Source of the DNA: Phoronis australis
Taxonomy: Eukaryota; Animalia; Phoronida
Assembly (NCBI GenBank): GCA_002633005.1
Contig: NMRA01000388.1
Coordinates: 374,128 to 429,498 of the forward strand
Length of the DNA: 55,371 bases
Direction: 5' to 3'
The notes under the pieces were generated by a model that ran no database searches, was not told where the DNA came from, and was given only the letters and a program-made list of their open reading frames with translations. This document shows positions 11,446 through 26,447 of the stretch, one piece after another. Position 1 is the stretch's first letter. Every line of letters starts with the position of its first letter. The position numbers and the translations under genes are program-made.

Positions 11446-13814
11446 CAGTGGCGGATCTACGGGGGGTTCAGGGGGTTTAACCCCCCCCTCGGGCCAGGAC
11501 CCAAAAATTAAAAACAAAACAAAAGCGTCTCCAGCAAAACAAAAACGGCACCTCCAGCGTGTGTAAACCCCAAGTAAACCAACTTGGAAAAAATTGAGAG
11601 GGGGGGTTCACTTTGAAAATATAGTTGTTTTGCATTGTGAATTGCTGAGTCTTTGAGGCTCATCGGCAAAACGCGCGGGGATTTATTGTGCGTGCGCTTC
11701 CGTCGACACTTCTGAAGTAGCCAAGCATTTTAGATGGATTCACCGCTGAAAGAGCAGTTCTATAGCTTCTTTACTCTAAGATATGTTTTGATTTGATTAG
11801 GGGAAATACTGGGGTGCCGCAACCCTGATATTCAAGCGAATTGACGTGCAACGTTTTTACCTCATCTGCCATGCCGTGTCATTCTATTACACTCCACACG
11901 TTTGTAACTGATGTACAGTAAAGTTGTCTTGCGCAATATCATACAGTGTAGATGTACATGTACATGTAATATTTTTGAAAAAAATTCTTTTTCCGAAGAA
12001 TTGCTATTGTGGCGGGCGCCGTCGTCTGGTCGCGAGTCCGTTTGAAGACACACTCTATAACAAGTTATGTCTATACAAGGAATGACCAAGGGGGCACCCA
12101 CATTAAGAAAGTGACCGCATTCGCGAAAAGTGTACAGTACCAGAATATGCGGGGAGGCTGTTCTTTCACAACAAAGTCTTAAGGGACTCGTGCAATTTTC
12201 AATAGGCCTCCTAAGGAGCCCTAGTTCCGACCTCAACACCTATCGTCTGTCTACCTGCAATAAGCACACTGCCGTCTTCTATACTGGGAATTTCCGCAGA
12301 AAGACTCACCCGATGAAACGCTCATGCCCATGGGCATTTATTTGATATTAGTACTTCGGGTTTCAAGCGTTCAGACACTGGGACGTTTATTTCGAAAATC
12401 GCAAGAGATGCAAATAGGTCCTGGGATGCTTCGTCAAGGTTTGAAGTAGTCCATGATGAACTGATCAAATTTAGTTGCGCATGTAAGTCTTTCGAATGGA
12501 CTTGGCAACCTCAAGGGTCTTAGTGTCAACTGAGCTGCGAAACGAGATGCTGACATTTTAGAGGCTTACAAGCTCACTGACACAGCAGTTGACGAAATGC
12601 AAGCGTTGGGAACAAACATCGAAGATATCTGGGTAGAATGGTTCCAAGACGAGCAAATCATTGGATCCGATATACACTGTACAAATTCCTCGGCAGTCTA
12701 GACAACAGAAGGATAGGACTAACGTATAAGTAACCACTAGGGATTAAAATTTTAGAGAGAAGTTTTCAATTCAAAATTTTTTGCATAGTACACTTTAGGT
12801 CTCGCGACGGACCAGGCCAGCTTGATTTGTGTAGATGTTGAGTTTCAGTGTACTTCTGGTCCCTCGGCTAACTAGTCTTGTGATTTTTTTACCAAAGTGT
12901 GCTTTGTAAAACTATTTATCTCAGCCAGTACTGTTTGATCCCGCGACAGATCGACAATTTTGTATAGGGATAATAAGCACAGGTGTACTCTTGGTGTCGT
13001 GACGGACCAGGTCAGCTTTATGTGTACTCTCAGTGTACATCTGGTCCCTCTGCAAACTAGTCCAGTGTATCTTTTCACCACTGTGAACAGGATGTTTCGG
13101 TTTCGTGAAACTGTTTTCAGATGATTTGTTTCCTGATAGATTTGACGTTTTTCAATTGTTGTCAACGTAATTCAGCTTAATAAAGTGATGCCTAATTATT
13201 TATTGTCGCTTTTGATAATAGACTATGAGTTGAGAGCACCATCGTTCGCCAGTTTTTCTCGTAACGGGACAGAACACATGACATTTCCGGACTAACAGTA
13301 CAGGTCTTCGTTCTTAAACAACTTGAGGCTGCTGTTATGCGATCATCTGATATTCAAGTTTTCACGCCCCGTCGGTGCTCCTTAATTATGCTCTTGAATA
13401 TTTGGAAATTGTCTTAACCCATGCATACACACCACACTTTTTCGTATACGACTTTTCGTATGCTAAAAAAAGGTGTTTGTGAGCAGATGTTCCAACAGAA
13501 AGTTTTGCTGGTGGCGTGACTCATACCCAGATGTGCACAATATGGTTTCACGAAACTTATGTGCCAAGTTCATGTGACGAAATCCAGAAGGGTTTTAATT
13601 ATCTTAAGAAAAACTCCAGAGACAAGTTAAGTGCCAGAAACTTACCAGGATGCATGGAAATTTCACTATTTGGCTACAAAAACAAAAAGATATCTTACAC
13701 GGGAGGGGAAACCCCCCTCCCGACCTCCCCCGCTCGGCGCCACGCGCCTAGGATTCGACCTTGCATGGCGGGAATCCTAAATCCCCCCTTGCTGAAAACG
13801 TAGATCCGCCACTG
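11446..13814 (+). mobile_element. Decayed hAT-superfamily DNA transposon with transposase relic
   Basis: 16-bp perfect TIR CAGTGGCGGATCTACG (11446) / CGTAGATCCGCCACTG (to 13814). At ~12415-12730, frameshifted peptides SWDASSRFE, LVAHVSLSNGLGNLKGLSV, KRDADILEAYKLTDTAVDEMQALGTNIEDIWVEWFQD and VQIPRQSRQQKDRTNV resemble PRKRIR/THAP12-type hAT transposase. An internal direct repeat lies at ~12806 and ~13001. No 8-bp TSD is visible. Confidence 0.75.
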
Positions 13815-16800
13815 TAGAACATTTGGCATCTATACTAATAATAGGAAATAGAGCACTCTCTGCATAGATTGACATTGTGCTATGACAGATCTTTAATAGT
13901 TGGCGAATTAACAATTTTTCTACCACTGAATGTGTTCGTCCAGTCACGCGTCAAAACACATTACACTGATCACAGTGTTGTCACCGAAAAACGTACAAAA
14001 GAAAAATAGAAATACCGGTACCTATGACGGAAATAACCGTATTCTTTTCAAAATGTCAAACATGATGTTACTTTGTCAAAGATAATGGGCACTATCAAAA
14101 TATCTCATTTCGAAAAGGTAAAAAGTTGACATTTCAAATTTGTATGTGACGCAGTGTTGTAATTTGAAGAGCTACTATTGTGTTCTTCAAGATAGCGGTC
14201 TAATATCACGCATTTAAAAAGTGCCGACGAAGTACAAATCAATCGATGAGCAAACTTTTTTGAAAAATGATTGCTGGGAGAGACATTTTTTAGTAAATAT
14301 CGGTGCTGGAATGGAGAATGTTATTGGGAGGCTATGCAATCCAACACCGTTCACAGTTGTTCCAATCTGAATACACATTTTGCATTATCACGTTTTAATT
14401 ATTCATTAACGTTCTCTGGACCGAGAGATTGGGTTTTACATTAGGGAACACTCAACTGAATTTTAATAACTCATAAAAAGACTTCATAATCAAGAAATCT
14501 TTGTATTAAGCAGCGCTCGAGTTTGATTCCTTTCCATAGAACAAAATGGTTATATTCACAACACCAACAAATAATGCTTTATTGGTAACAAACAGGCAAG
14601 CTTGAAATCAATATGTTTACCAAGCCCCATAGCAAGTTTCGTTATTTTGGCACATTTTCATTAAAAGTCAAGCATTTGATATTACGTGCCGAATTGAGTC
14701 AATAAGAAAGCAAATTGTGACAACGAGGCTATTTCAGGGAAATGTGTCTTGTGCATAAAGCAAAATTGTAAATTCCGCGAAAAAGCAGTGTACTGTTTTG
14801 GCACAAGTTTTCGTTTAGACCAAAATATTGCATAATATCAGTAAATACTTTCAGTAAACTGAATATTGCGTTTATATTGTAAGGAGGCAAGAGCAAAGTT
14901 CCGCAGACTCGAGAATCTCTCGAAAACGCAAGATCATGTAAGATTTTACGAACCATTGCCATGCATTGTAAGCAAAGTACCTGAGAACCCTTCTTTACAC
15001 CCGGGAATCTTGCATCTGCGGAACGCAGCCCTGAGCTGCGCACTGCCTATCAAGTTTCTTGCGAGAAAAGTGATATCGTGCAAAGTCTTTTGCGAGATAT
15101 CGCAACCATGCCTTAGAAGCGAGTGTCTTGCGTCCACGCCGGAACGGGCCCAGGTTGGTACATTTAAATTAATTTACACCTTTTTACGATTTCCGGAATT
15201 ACCGATTGTAAAACCTCAGTAGTCTTTCGGAACTTATTAAGGTCACCGTATTATCAGAATATTTTATTCAGTTGCTTTTCCCGATTGTGTTATTGTTAAT
15301 TTACTAAACGATATCCGGGCTCACGAGTCATCTGCATGTGCGCAATAAACTGTGGTGATGGTGTGTTTAAATCTTGGAAAGAAAGGAAAGGTGCTTTAGC
15401 CGCAGTTAATATCTTTTGAAATCCCCGGCCAGTTTGGTGAAATTATAAATGTTCAGTAATTTCAAACGCACCTGTTTTGCAGTGTTTAAGTGCAACTATG
15501 TGCACTAAATACCAGTATGTACCAGCTATGTTCTAGCAAGAACTTCTCCTGATTTTGTAGAAGTCTCAGCTAAAAGTACCATCGTTTTGTAGGCGTGTAC
15601 TCAACTACACCGTAGTGAACGCGTTGACAGTCAACAATGCAAGCCTGTTTAACTTTACCATCCAATCAAACAAATTAACCAATTTGTCCTCGTTGCAAAT
15701 AAGATTTGTGAATTGTCCTTTGGTTGTTGACCGTATCCTTTTACATAACCCTAGTTTTCATACTAACAAGTATCAACTGTTTCTCGCTCAATTTTGCGTG
15801 TTCATGTTGCAGGCATCGACCGCGGAGTAAACTTAAAATTACAAAACCAACCAATCAGTGATTACAAATTGTCTGGAGTTCATCAACATGTCGGCGTAAC
15901 ACACATTTATACCTTGTTATCTTCATGAAAATAACCCAAAACGCAAGAAAAATTGTGGAGGTGTAGTAAGTGTAAAAGCAAAACTTTCTTTTCTCAAATG
16001 GAACCTGTCTTTTTAACAATCCTAAATTACTATGTAATCCATCTCAAACGGAAATTTTTGAAATAAATCCTAAATGACGAACAATTTGTTCTTAGTAGCA
16101 AAAATGTGTTTTTGCAATAGCAGTTCAAAGTAACCCGTGTGTTCTGACCCACGGTCATCTCAGTTGACCAAAATTCAACCACATTGCACTGGTCATGCGA
16201 TTAACAATGTATTAGAGTTTACCTACCTTCGCATCTGACCGATGATACAGCAACCCATAAGACTGTGAAAGCAACCCTCCAGTAACCCGCTCTGACTTTG
16301 AATTTAGAGTCAGACATGACTGAGAGTCAACTACACGGAATCGTCCCTGAGCGAGGAAATGACCAAGTCATTTGGGTTCGTGTCAATGACTGCACAAGCG
16401 CTGTTGATTAAATGACCTTACGATTATTGTATTCAATAGCTCTTTCAAAGAACTCGCTTTTATTTGTAGACATTGTGTTGTGAAAAAAATGTCCTATTAT
16501 TTTATCGTAATGTTGCCAAAGATTTTTTAAAGCGTGACGCTTTTTTGTTAAATGTGTCCAATGACAGCCAATTACAACAGCAAAATTGACATTCCGGCGG
16601 TTGCAACCTGAACCATTTGTTAGGGCGCTATAGAAAGCACATACTTAGCACCTGGAAGACTGATGAGTCTTGTCGCACCGCTGTATTTTGTCGCCGTCGC
16701 TTAACCCAAGGATGTCCACTGGCAAGCAGAATATATTAAGGAAATTATACCTTGAACCAAGTCATTCTCAATGAAATCATAGACTATAGTAAATGGACCG

Positions 16801-18759
16801 CCCACTCCATATATTTTCAATGGACGAAATCTGTGATCTTACGCATAAGCCGTGACATCATTAGTCAGTAGCGACACCCGGCAACATTACTTTTTTTTAC
16901 TTCCGGCAAGTATGTCGTCTTCTAATCATCGTCGGCTGTTGTATGGCTGGATGCCAAAAGTACCCACGACACTCAGTTCTATTATTGGAAAACTTTGAAC
17001 AGCGTTTCAGTGTCGAAATTTTTTTTTTTCGTTGTACTGGGCAGTAAAATAGATGCTAGAATTTCCCGTCACAGTACACTAACCGGAAACTGAAATTGGA
17101 AATTTAGGAGAGTGGCGCCTCCTCTAGAATAGTACGCAAGAAAATGTCGGAGTTGCAAATTTGTTGTCTATAATCTGTGATGAAATGACATAACAGTTTC
17201 CAATGCAATGCCATTTATGGTGTTGAGACACAGCTGACAATATTGTATTTTTCCTTTAGTTTTCTCGTCGGCAATTACATCGCTTTGAAGCCCACCACAG
17301 GGCAGTAAGAAGCGGGGGTGGCGGGGTACTCGTAGACACGTGTACAAAAGAAAATATAAGAGAATATTTGCCAACTCCAAGTGCTGGATTTACAATTGGT
17401 GACCCTTGTCCTGGATATTTCTGTAAAGGGAAAGGGACAGTTTTTGCAGTACACAATCAAAATGCATTTGAACCTGCTCGTCAATCTGCATTTTGCCCTG
17501 TTTAGCTGACCGAGGGGGCTCCAATGACGTCATGCAACATTATGTGTAAAGGAAACCCATCTTTCAATGGAATTAGCTATAACTCGTTTTATGTTTTTGT
17601 ATCATATAGCCTTTTATATTAAGGAGACCCTCTCAGACGGCGCCCTACTTTTGAGAAGTGGTCCCTCTATAAATTTCACATTGTCAACTATTCATAAGGG
17701 GAAATAAAATTTCAAATTATAGAAAAAATCATGTTCTTTTGTGTGAAGCCCAGCGGAAATGCTTCCCAAACAACCAAAAATTTTGAGATTGCATAAAAGC
17801 AATAGCACAGACCACCATCGAAAGAACGAAAGTTTGCAAAGCTTGAAGATCACTTTTTGGAAATTACAATTTTTTGATGTTTGTTGTAACGATAAAAACA
17901 TCAACAACTTTCCCAAAGAATTCTGAGAATAGCATACCTTCTGATGATCGTCATTGGGAAAGTACTGTTGAAGGAAGGAGGGTTGTTCGTAGAAGTCTCG
18001 CAGATATCGATCAGATTGGGGGTCGGGATATAATTTTTGATGACTGAGTGCAGCGTACATACATGTACATTGTAAGCCCACAGATTACACAGCTCAAGGC
18101 ACATGTACTACCAATCGTGAACAAAGATTTCTGGGATTCTTGGAATGCAACTGTAACAGAATATAACGATTGCGGTCGTTTTTTTGTGTATATTTTTTCT
18201 AAATATGTTTATTAAGCGCTCGCCATCACCCTCCCGTTTCAGGTCATTTGGCCTGAAACGCCAGGTGTGCAGATTTTTTCATTTAAAGAACTCGAAGAAA
18301 TTATAGGTTTAATACAGGTTCATTGGAAAATGTAAAAGTTGTACTTTGTGATTTAATAAGACTACTAATGAAAACTACTGGCCCTCCGGTATAAAGAAAA
18401 CTTGGAATCACGCCCAGATTGTAACTGAGCTAGTTAGCACCGAGCAGGGGAGGCGTCGGAAAGAGCAGGGAACATGGACAGTCAGAGCCGGGGAATATCG
18501 GGACGGTAGAACATAAAGACGGGGAAAACTGGGCATGGAAAACTACGATAGCCTACCTGACAGCATTGAGACAAGTTTGGGGTATTATTAAAAAACAGTG
18601 CACATGGCTTGATGTCATTTGCGATGCTTCAGACGTGCGCAGGTCTCATGGTTGGGCCCATTACACAAAACACCCCGAGCTAAAGCACGAGAGCCCCATT
18701 ATGGTTCTTCGTGAAGGAAGATTTGAAGTCTGCCAGTCTCCTTTAAGAAAATAGACAGT

Positions 18760-18975
18760 CATTTCCATTTGTTGCCATGCACTATATGTTGTAGGCATGT
18801 AACAGTGCAATCCAGTAGGTTGTTCCTTACCCTATAAAAAGCTGGGCAAGACTCTAACAGTTGTTTAGGGTATTCTACGTCAGTACCACACTCGGGACAC
18901 ATTGGCCTCTCCCTATCCTTAGTAATGTGTGTGTGTCTGGCTAGGTTACAATAGCCCGTCAAAAATGGAAGTCTG
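18760..18975 (-). mobile_element. 3' fragment of an I/R1/Jockey-group LINE (C-terminal zinc knuckle)
   Basis: FLTGYCNLARHTHIT..PMCPECGTDVEYPKQLLESCPAFYRVR matches the LTGH..L..H...CPxCG..E...H.L..CP pattern. Confidence 0.7.
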
Positions 18976-21900
18976 GAGAATATTGGTATCGGAAATACTG
19001 GCATAGACCTGAAAAGGAGTAAAATACATTTTTATGAATACAAAAAACAGATGTTGTCAAAACTGCAGTTAGAATGAAGTCTTGCTATTTTAATGAAAAT
19101 GTTAGACATTTTGAACTTCACAGTAGTTGTTGGCTGAGTTTGGTAACAAAATTTAGAACATTGAAAAGGTCAAAATGAATGGTCAGTGGTATCAAAAATT
19201 TCTTAAATAGAACATACTTCATAAAGTGAGATATACGTCATCAAAATCACAAAAATAATTGTTGTGAACACAACTGAAAGTAACACGCTTAAGTTTAATT
19301 TTAAAAAATATTCGCTGATGTTTGCAACCCTAGTCACTGATTTTTTCACATACATTTTGCAGGGAACAGATCATGGGCTCCGATTGGAGCATCCATTTTG
19401 AAATAGCTCTGCACTCTCAATTTCTGAGCTTGCGAGAACCCAATCCAAATTTATACCAAGTAGTCAATTTTTTGCCTAAAATTCACTACCGAATTCTTCA
19501 AATGACGATCGGGAATCGGTAGTCGACCAAATCGTTATCTTTGCAATACGGCCAGTGCAGGATTCTATTGCGGAAGCTTCTGTTTATAAAGGGTTTTCAT
19601 AATACATGTATTTAGTGCAATAACTTGGAAAAGTTTTCACAGGACAGACTGCCCCTTAATGAAAAGTCTGTCCTTGAAACAGTGTTTACAGTGGACACAT
19701 GTATATTTGTCCTCTGCTATCAGGATAAATGGTGCCCGAACTGAAGACAAAATCTTAACAACATGATGCCTGCGGTAAGCTAACGAAGATATGCCGCGGA
19801 CTAATAGCATATGTTTTATTTTGGTCGATATCTTTAATAAGAACTGGGTAGGCTACTGCTGTTCATATCAAACGAACATTTTAGTCCAGATTCAGAGTTT
19901 TAGATTGTGCCCAGCTTACCACATTGTGCCCGACCCTGTCTTCCTTAAAGTCAATGTTATGCAAATGTCACACATCCCGTAATGTGCTCGTAAACACGTA
20001 ATTGGCAAAATCAGGCTTACTGCCCAAGCCGATATGAAAAATGAATTTTAAGTTCACGTTGGTAAAGAAATAATGAGCCCCGCTTAATTTTCTGTGAGGC
20101 TGCCCAACATGAGAGATTCAATTTAATTTCAATTACCATAGCATTATATTCCAATGGCAAAATCATACAATCAAAACAATGTAAAGTTCCACGAGTCGAC
20201 ACTAATACGAAAATCGCCAGATCGCATTATGCTACTTAGACAAAATCCCAGGTCACATTATCCCGGTCGCATTCATAAATTCCAATTTGCAAAATTTTCC
20301 CGCCAGTTTTACGCCCAAGAATTCCTTTCTGACGGCCACACCACCTTGGGATGTGAGACTAACCCGACGTGACAAGCATCTTTATGGGCGTGGTCAGAAG
20401 CAAGAACGACCTGTCAGTTTTTCTCAAGTTTAGAAATCATTTCTCTTCTGAGTAAGGAACAAGATGGTAACTTACTTAATAACAGAAAGCGACCTATTTC
20501 AAAAGGTATTTTTGACTGGTGAATTAAACATGTGAGTGGTGAAATCTTTGTATAGCTTCTTTGCATTTGGGAGTGGTCAGTTTCAGTTTCAAAATGACAG
20601 CCGAACCATGGAACTCGAAAATTTTAACTAGGTAATGATTTTATAGCCTGTGTCCAAAGAATTTTGCTCCTCTTATGCATTCTGGACTGTTGGGTCTGTT
20701 TAGAGCTTTAATGGTGAAGTATTGGCTGTGTGTGTATTTTGGGCTCTCTGTCTCAAGTCTGAACTGTTCTCTTGAGGCAGTACTTATGCATCTGTGTTTG
20801 CCCTAAAGTTAACGGTTAAGATTCGTTTTTATTTAGTCTAGTTTGGGAAAAATTCAGCTGTATATTTTGAGGAGTGAGGTTCGGGAGTGCCAGGTACACT
20901 GTGTGTGGATTTTTCAAAATCTCTTGTTAAAACATAGGTACTGTACCAGTTTTTGGCTACTGCGGACAAATGATTCACAACGTGTGCGAAAAATGTACCC
21001 GCACTTCACACCGGGAATTCACATTCAATTCAGATTCTGCTCCCGTGTACACATTTGTGTTGAAAGTGGGTGCGTGAGTCATCAGGCATAGCGTGCTCTG
21101 TATACACGGGAATCTATGATGGCAAACAAACGTCTCGGAAGGGCAAATACATTTAAGTATATGAGCAATGCGTTTAATTTTTTTTATAAAAAATAACTTT
21201 TTGGTCTTCCGTTTGTGAATTTAAACCACTAATCTTGGTGTCAGTAAACAATGCATTTATTGTTATTTGAAATGTGAGTACGTTTTTGGGACACCCTTAG
21301 AACTCTCCCTTATCACTGAGAGTTATTTCAGATTGGCAAAAACTGTCTAGCGTACGATTTAGGGATCGGTTGATAGACATTTTTCCATCTTCAGCCTGCA
21401 CTGACTAAGTTTTTGGTTTCAACAACTTTTCCAAGAGTAGCTTCCATGAACTATTCGATTTTCGCATAGGTACAACAAGACATGTATCAGAAGCCAACAA
21501 ATTCATTTCTTATCTAAGCAGAATTTTATGAGCTGCGATTCCCGAAGTCACGCTCGCAGGTTCTTAACCGTACATCAGGGAGACGGCCCCATAGTGTTTG
21601 ATGGTTCCCCAAAGAAATTTTCTGAATTTATTCATGTGAACTTGTATCTTAGTTCATTCCAGATTAGCTGTTACGGTTTATAAGTTAAACTTGAAATACA
21701 AAAAAATAGCTGAAACATTTGTTTACGATTGCCAGTACATGTACGTTGAGTACGATTGGTCATCAAAAATCGTACCCACGATGGTCTGTTCGACAACTGC
21801 TAGTTACTTACTGAAAATAATTCGTGGTGACCATCTTCGAAAGGAATATCATTCTTATGATGCTATGGAAAAAAGTATAGATAATTAATCGTTACAATTT

Positions 21901-22199
21901 TAACCAACCTTTTCAACTACGGGCGATCAGTTTCAACTGAACAAACAATAATCGATTTAGCCATTTATATATTCCTCCGGTTCAACGGTAAAGGAGAAAA
22001 TGGTTGATCGCGAGGCCAATAATTACAAACAAATTTTTCATCCAACAAAAGTTCACCTTTTTGCCTTAAAGAATATTCAATTCCATGTTCACGCATACAC
22101 GATCTTGAGATTAAGCGGTATTCCAAGTTCACGCCCAGCATGTCACACGACCCGGCCGGGCCTCACCCTTGCTAAAAGCTCGTGACTGTTGTTTGATTC

Positions 22200-22343
22200 G
22201 TCCAATAGGTGGCGCAAAACCAAAACCCCTTGCGAGTCGATGTTGGCATACATCTCGAGCTTTTTAGCTTTGGTGGCCGTGTTATTTGGTGTCCTGATCT
22301 ATTTCGATAGCCAACCATCAATTAATTATTTTAGGAACATAAA
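22200..22343 (+). promoter_or_regulatory. HTATIP2: Candidate HTATIP2 promoter and non-coding first exon
   Basis: CpG-richer patch, CCAAT at ~22202 and donor AAA|gtaagt at 22344. The first coding exon is preceded by an acceptor (ttgttgtag, 23374), which implies an upstream exon. Confidence 0.4.
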
Positions 22344-22726
22344 GTAAGTATTTTTTATAAATCAGGCGCGAAATTTAGGTGCATTTGTTGCATTAATCTC
22401 GCTCTTCCGTTTGCGGGTCAACACTGCGACCCCCGACTAAATCATTGGCTGGTGAACACTTTTTGCTTTCGCAACAATTACCTCCTCGGCTGGCTGAGGG
22501 GCTTGGGTAATACCGGGGCTTGTTTGCATTTGGTTTCCACAGGCGTTGTATTGCCTAGTGGTTGGTACGGTGATGGTTGACCTCACTCAGTCTCAGCTGC
22601 TGGGTAAAAGAGCTAATGTCATGAGCCTCGTACTCGTAGTATGATAAATAGATGTTTGTGGTGCATAAGTACAGACAGTGCCACTGTATCTACTTAGCAC
22701 TAGATTGTGGTCATCCCATAGCCCTT

Positions 22727-22805
22727 AGCAAATTATGCCTCACACTGATTAAACCGTCAAAGTCATGTTGCCATAGGTACCTTTTGCACGTAGAGGAACA
22801 CCATA
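22727..22805 (+). repeat. Interspersed repeat, three copies in the window
   Basis: aattatgcctc(a/g)cac(t/c)ga.. occurs here, at ~36760 and at ~37534. The 22727 and 37534 copies align over ~75 bp. Confidence 0.7.
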
Positions 22806-23068
22806 GGGCATAGGAGGCCGAACAAATTAATGCTACAAGGTACAATTAAACTTTTTTTCGAACAGTGACTTAATTAGTTCTCTTGCCAAATTGGCAATTA
22901 AGTGGCCATCTTTACATTGCTCATGCCAGGGGATATGACATCACATGAAACTGACAATATTTTAGATGGCACGAAACCGAGTGGCTTGATCCTGCTTGAT
23001 TCACGAAAACGCTTGAAATCATCCCATTGTTTCATAAAACTAGCTAATTTAAACACCTGTTTTTCAGA

Positions 23069-23127
23069 AACAGGATCTTGGTATCTCCATTTTCCCAAAC
23101 AGGATCTTGGTATCACCATTTTCCCAA
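23069..23127. repeat. Tandem duplication, ~29-bp unit x2
   Basis: aacaggatcttggtatc(t/a)ccattttccca is repeated head-to-tail. Confidence 0.8.
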
Positions 23128-23375
23128 AGAGGAAGCTATCTTGCTTTACAGCTATTCTCTTTTGAATGGTGGTCACACTTGCATTATATGAGACTAACCT
23201 CATGAGTTTCAAGTTTACAGATGGGTGGATTTAAGATTGCAGCGACTGCACCTAAGTGGTATCATTTTGTTATGCCAGGGTTTTTTGCATCTCTTGAGCG
23301 GCTTTTAAACTGGCCCCAAGTATACGCAGACTGCTAATAGTTAAAACGACATCATTTTCACACCCTTGTTGTAGA

Positions 23376-23570
23376 ATGGCTGAGGCTTCATCAGCTGCAA
23401 GCACGTCTGAAAACTTCAAGGCAAAGAACCAGAGTGTGTTCATTTTGGGCGCAACAGGGCTGACTGGAAAAGAGTTAGTGAAAGAGGTTTTGGAGAGAGG
23501 TGTATTCAATAAAGTGGTCTTGATTGGAAGGAGGGAGGTCAAATACGATGACCCTTTGTATGAAGGGGTG
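23376..23570 (+). CDS. HTATIP2: HTATIP2/TIP30 oxidoreductase, coding exon 1
   Basis: Contains the Rossmann motif VFILGATGLTGKELVKEVLERGVFNKVVLIGRR and ends GTG|gtgagt (65 codons, phase 0). Confidence 0.95.
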
Positions 23571-24278
23571 GTGAGTGGAAAGAGTACCTCAAACTTGACA
23601 TTGATTGCAGATACTAGTACTGTACTGAGTTAACCCAAGAGTAAAGGGCAATGTTCGAATACAAAGTGCCTTCATTTTGAGAACCAGTTTTCTCCACTGA
23701 ATAACGGGCATCAAACTGGTTCTCAAAATATGGGCATGCTATATTGGCAGATAAAGTACATGTCATGCGATTTTTGGTAAATGTGTCACTACAATTGCCA
23801 TGTTCACCGGGCAAATCCATTGGTCAGGGGCTACTTTCAGACATGGTGTTTCATTAGGTGCTACATCTCAGTTATCGACTGCCAACTATAAATGAATATT
23901 GAACAAAGATGGATTTCAGTGATAACCGCTGCCTGTTCATGACAATATTCTTTAATATTCTTCCCCACCCCCCGGACATTTTAGACATTGCAGACTATAA
24001 AACTGAATTGGTCATTAAAAAGTTTAACTTTTTCATTGTTTGAACAGCAAAATTGACTAACTACAACCAACAAAGGGAAAGAGAAATAATGAGCATTGTA
24101 GATTTATAATAAGTTGTTAGACTCGTAGCCTTGCAGGTGTTGTCTACGAAGACTGGTAGAGGGTGATGGAACATCTTGCGGGAACTTGTCTCGTCATCAA
24201 TCCCTGTGGAAAGAAAATTATTTGACAGGTGTTTCCACAAGTTGTGATTTGTAATGTTTTCACAATCTCTAACTTTAA

Positions 24279-24428
<150 letters not shown>

Positions 24429-24665
24429 TGACAACTTATTGCCAATCATTGTTTGAGGTGCTATATTTAAATTCCCGTGTTCTGTTATGCTTGGCTGAAT
24501 ACCGAACCAATCCTTTTCAGTTTCTCAGTTTTAACACCTTGGGTGTTCCTAGCAACAGATGGTGTATATACTGAAGTTCAACTAATGTGATCAGGTTGTG
24601 ACTCGATAACAATGATCCATAACTGCAACTGGTGTAATAGGGAATGCTGTACCCTTGTGTTGTAG

Positions 24666-26447
<1,782 letters not shown>

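Noticed and set aside
6485-20590. ISRE/IRF-like motifs (GAAATCGAAAGT ~6485, GTTTCGGTTTC ~13094, GAAACTGAAA ~17086, AGTTTCAGTTTC ~20579) as regulators of the TIR gene
   Set aside because: A few GAAANNGAAA matches are expected by chance in 55 kb of AT-rich DNA, and none sits at the candidate promoter.
22480-22720. Possible SINE or tRNA-derived sequence in HTATIP2 intron 1
   Set aside because: No clear A/B boxes or cloverleaf, and only one copy in the window.
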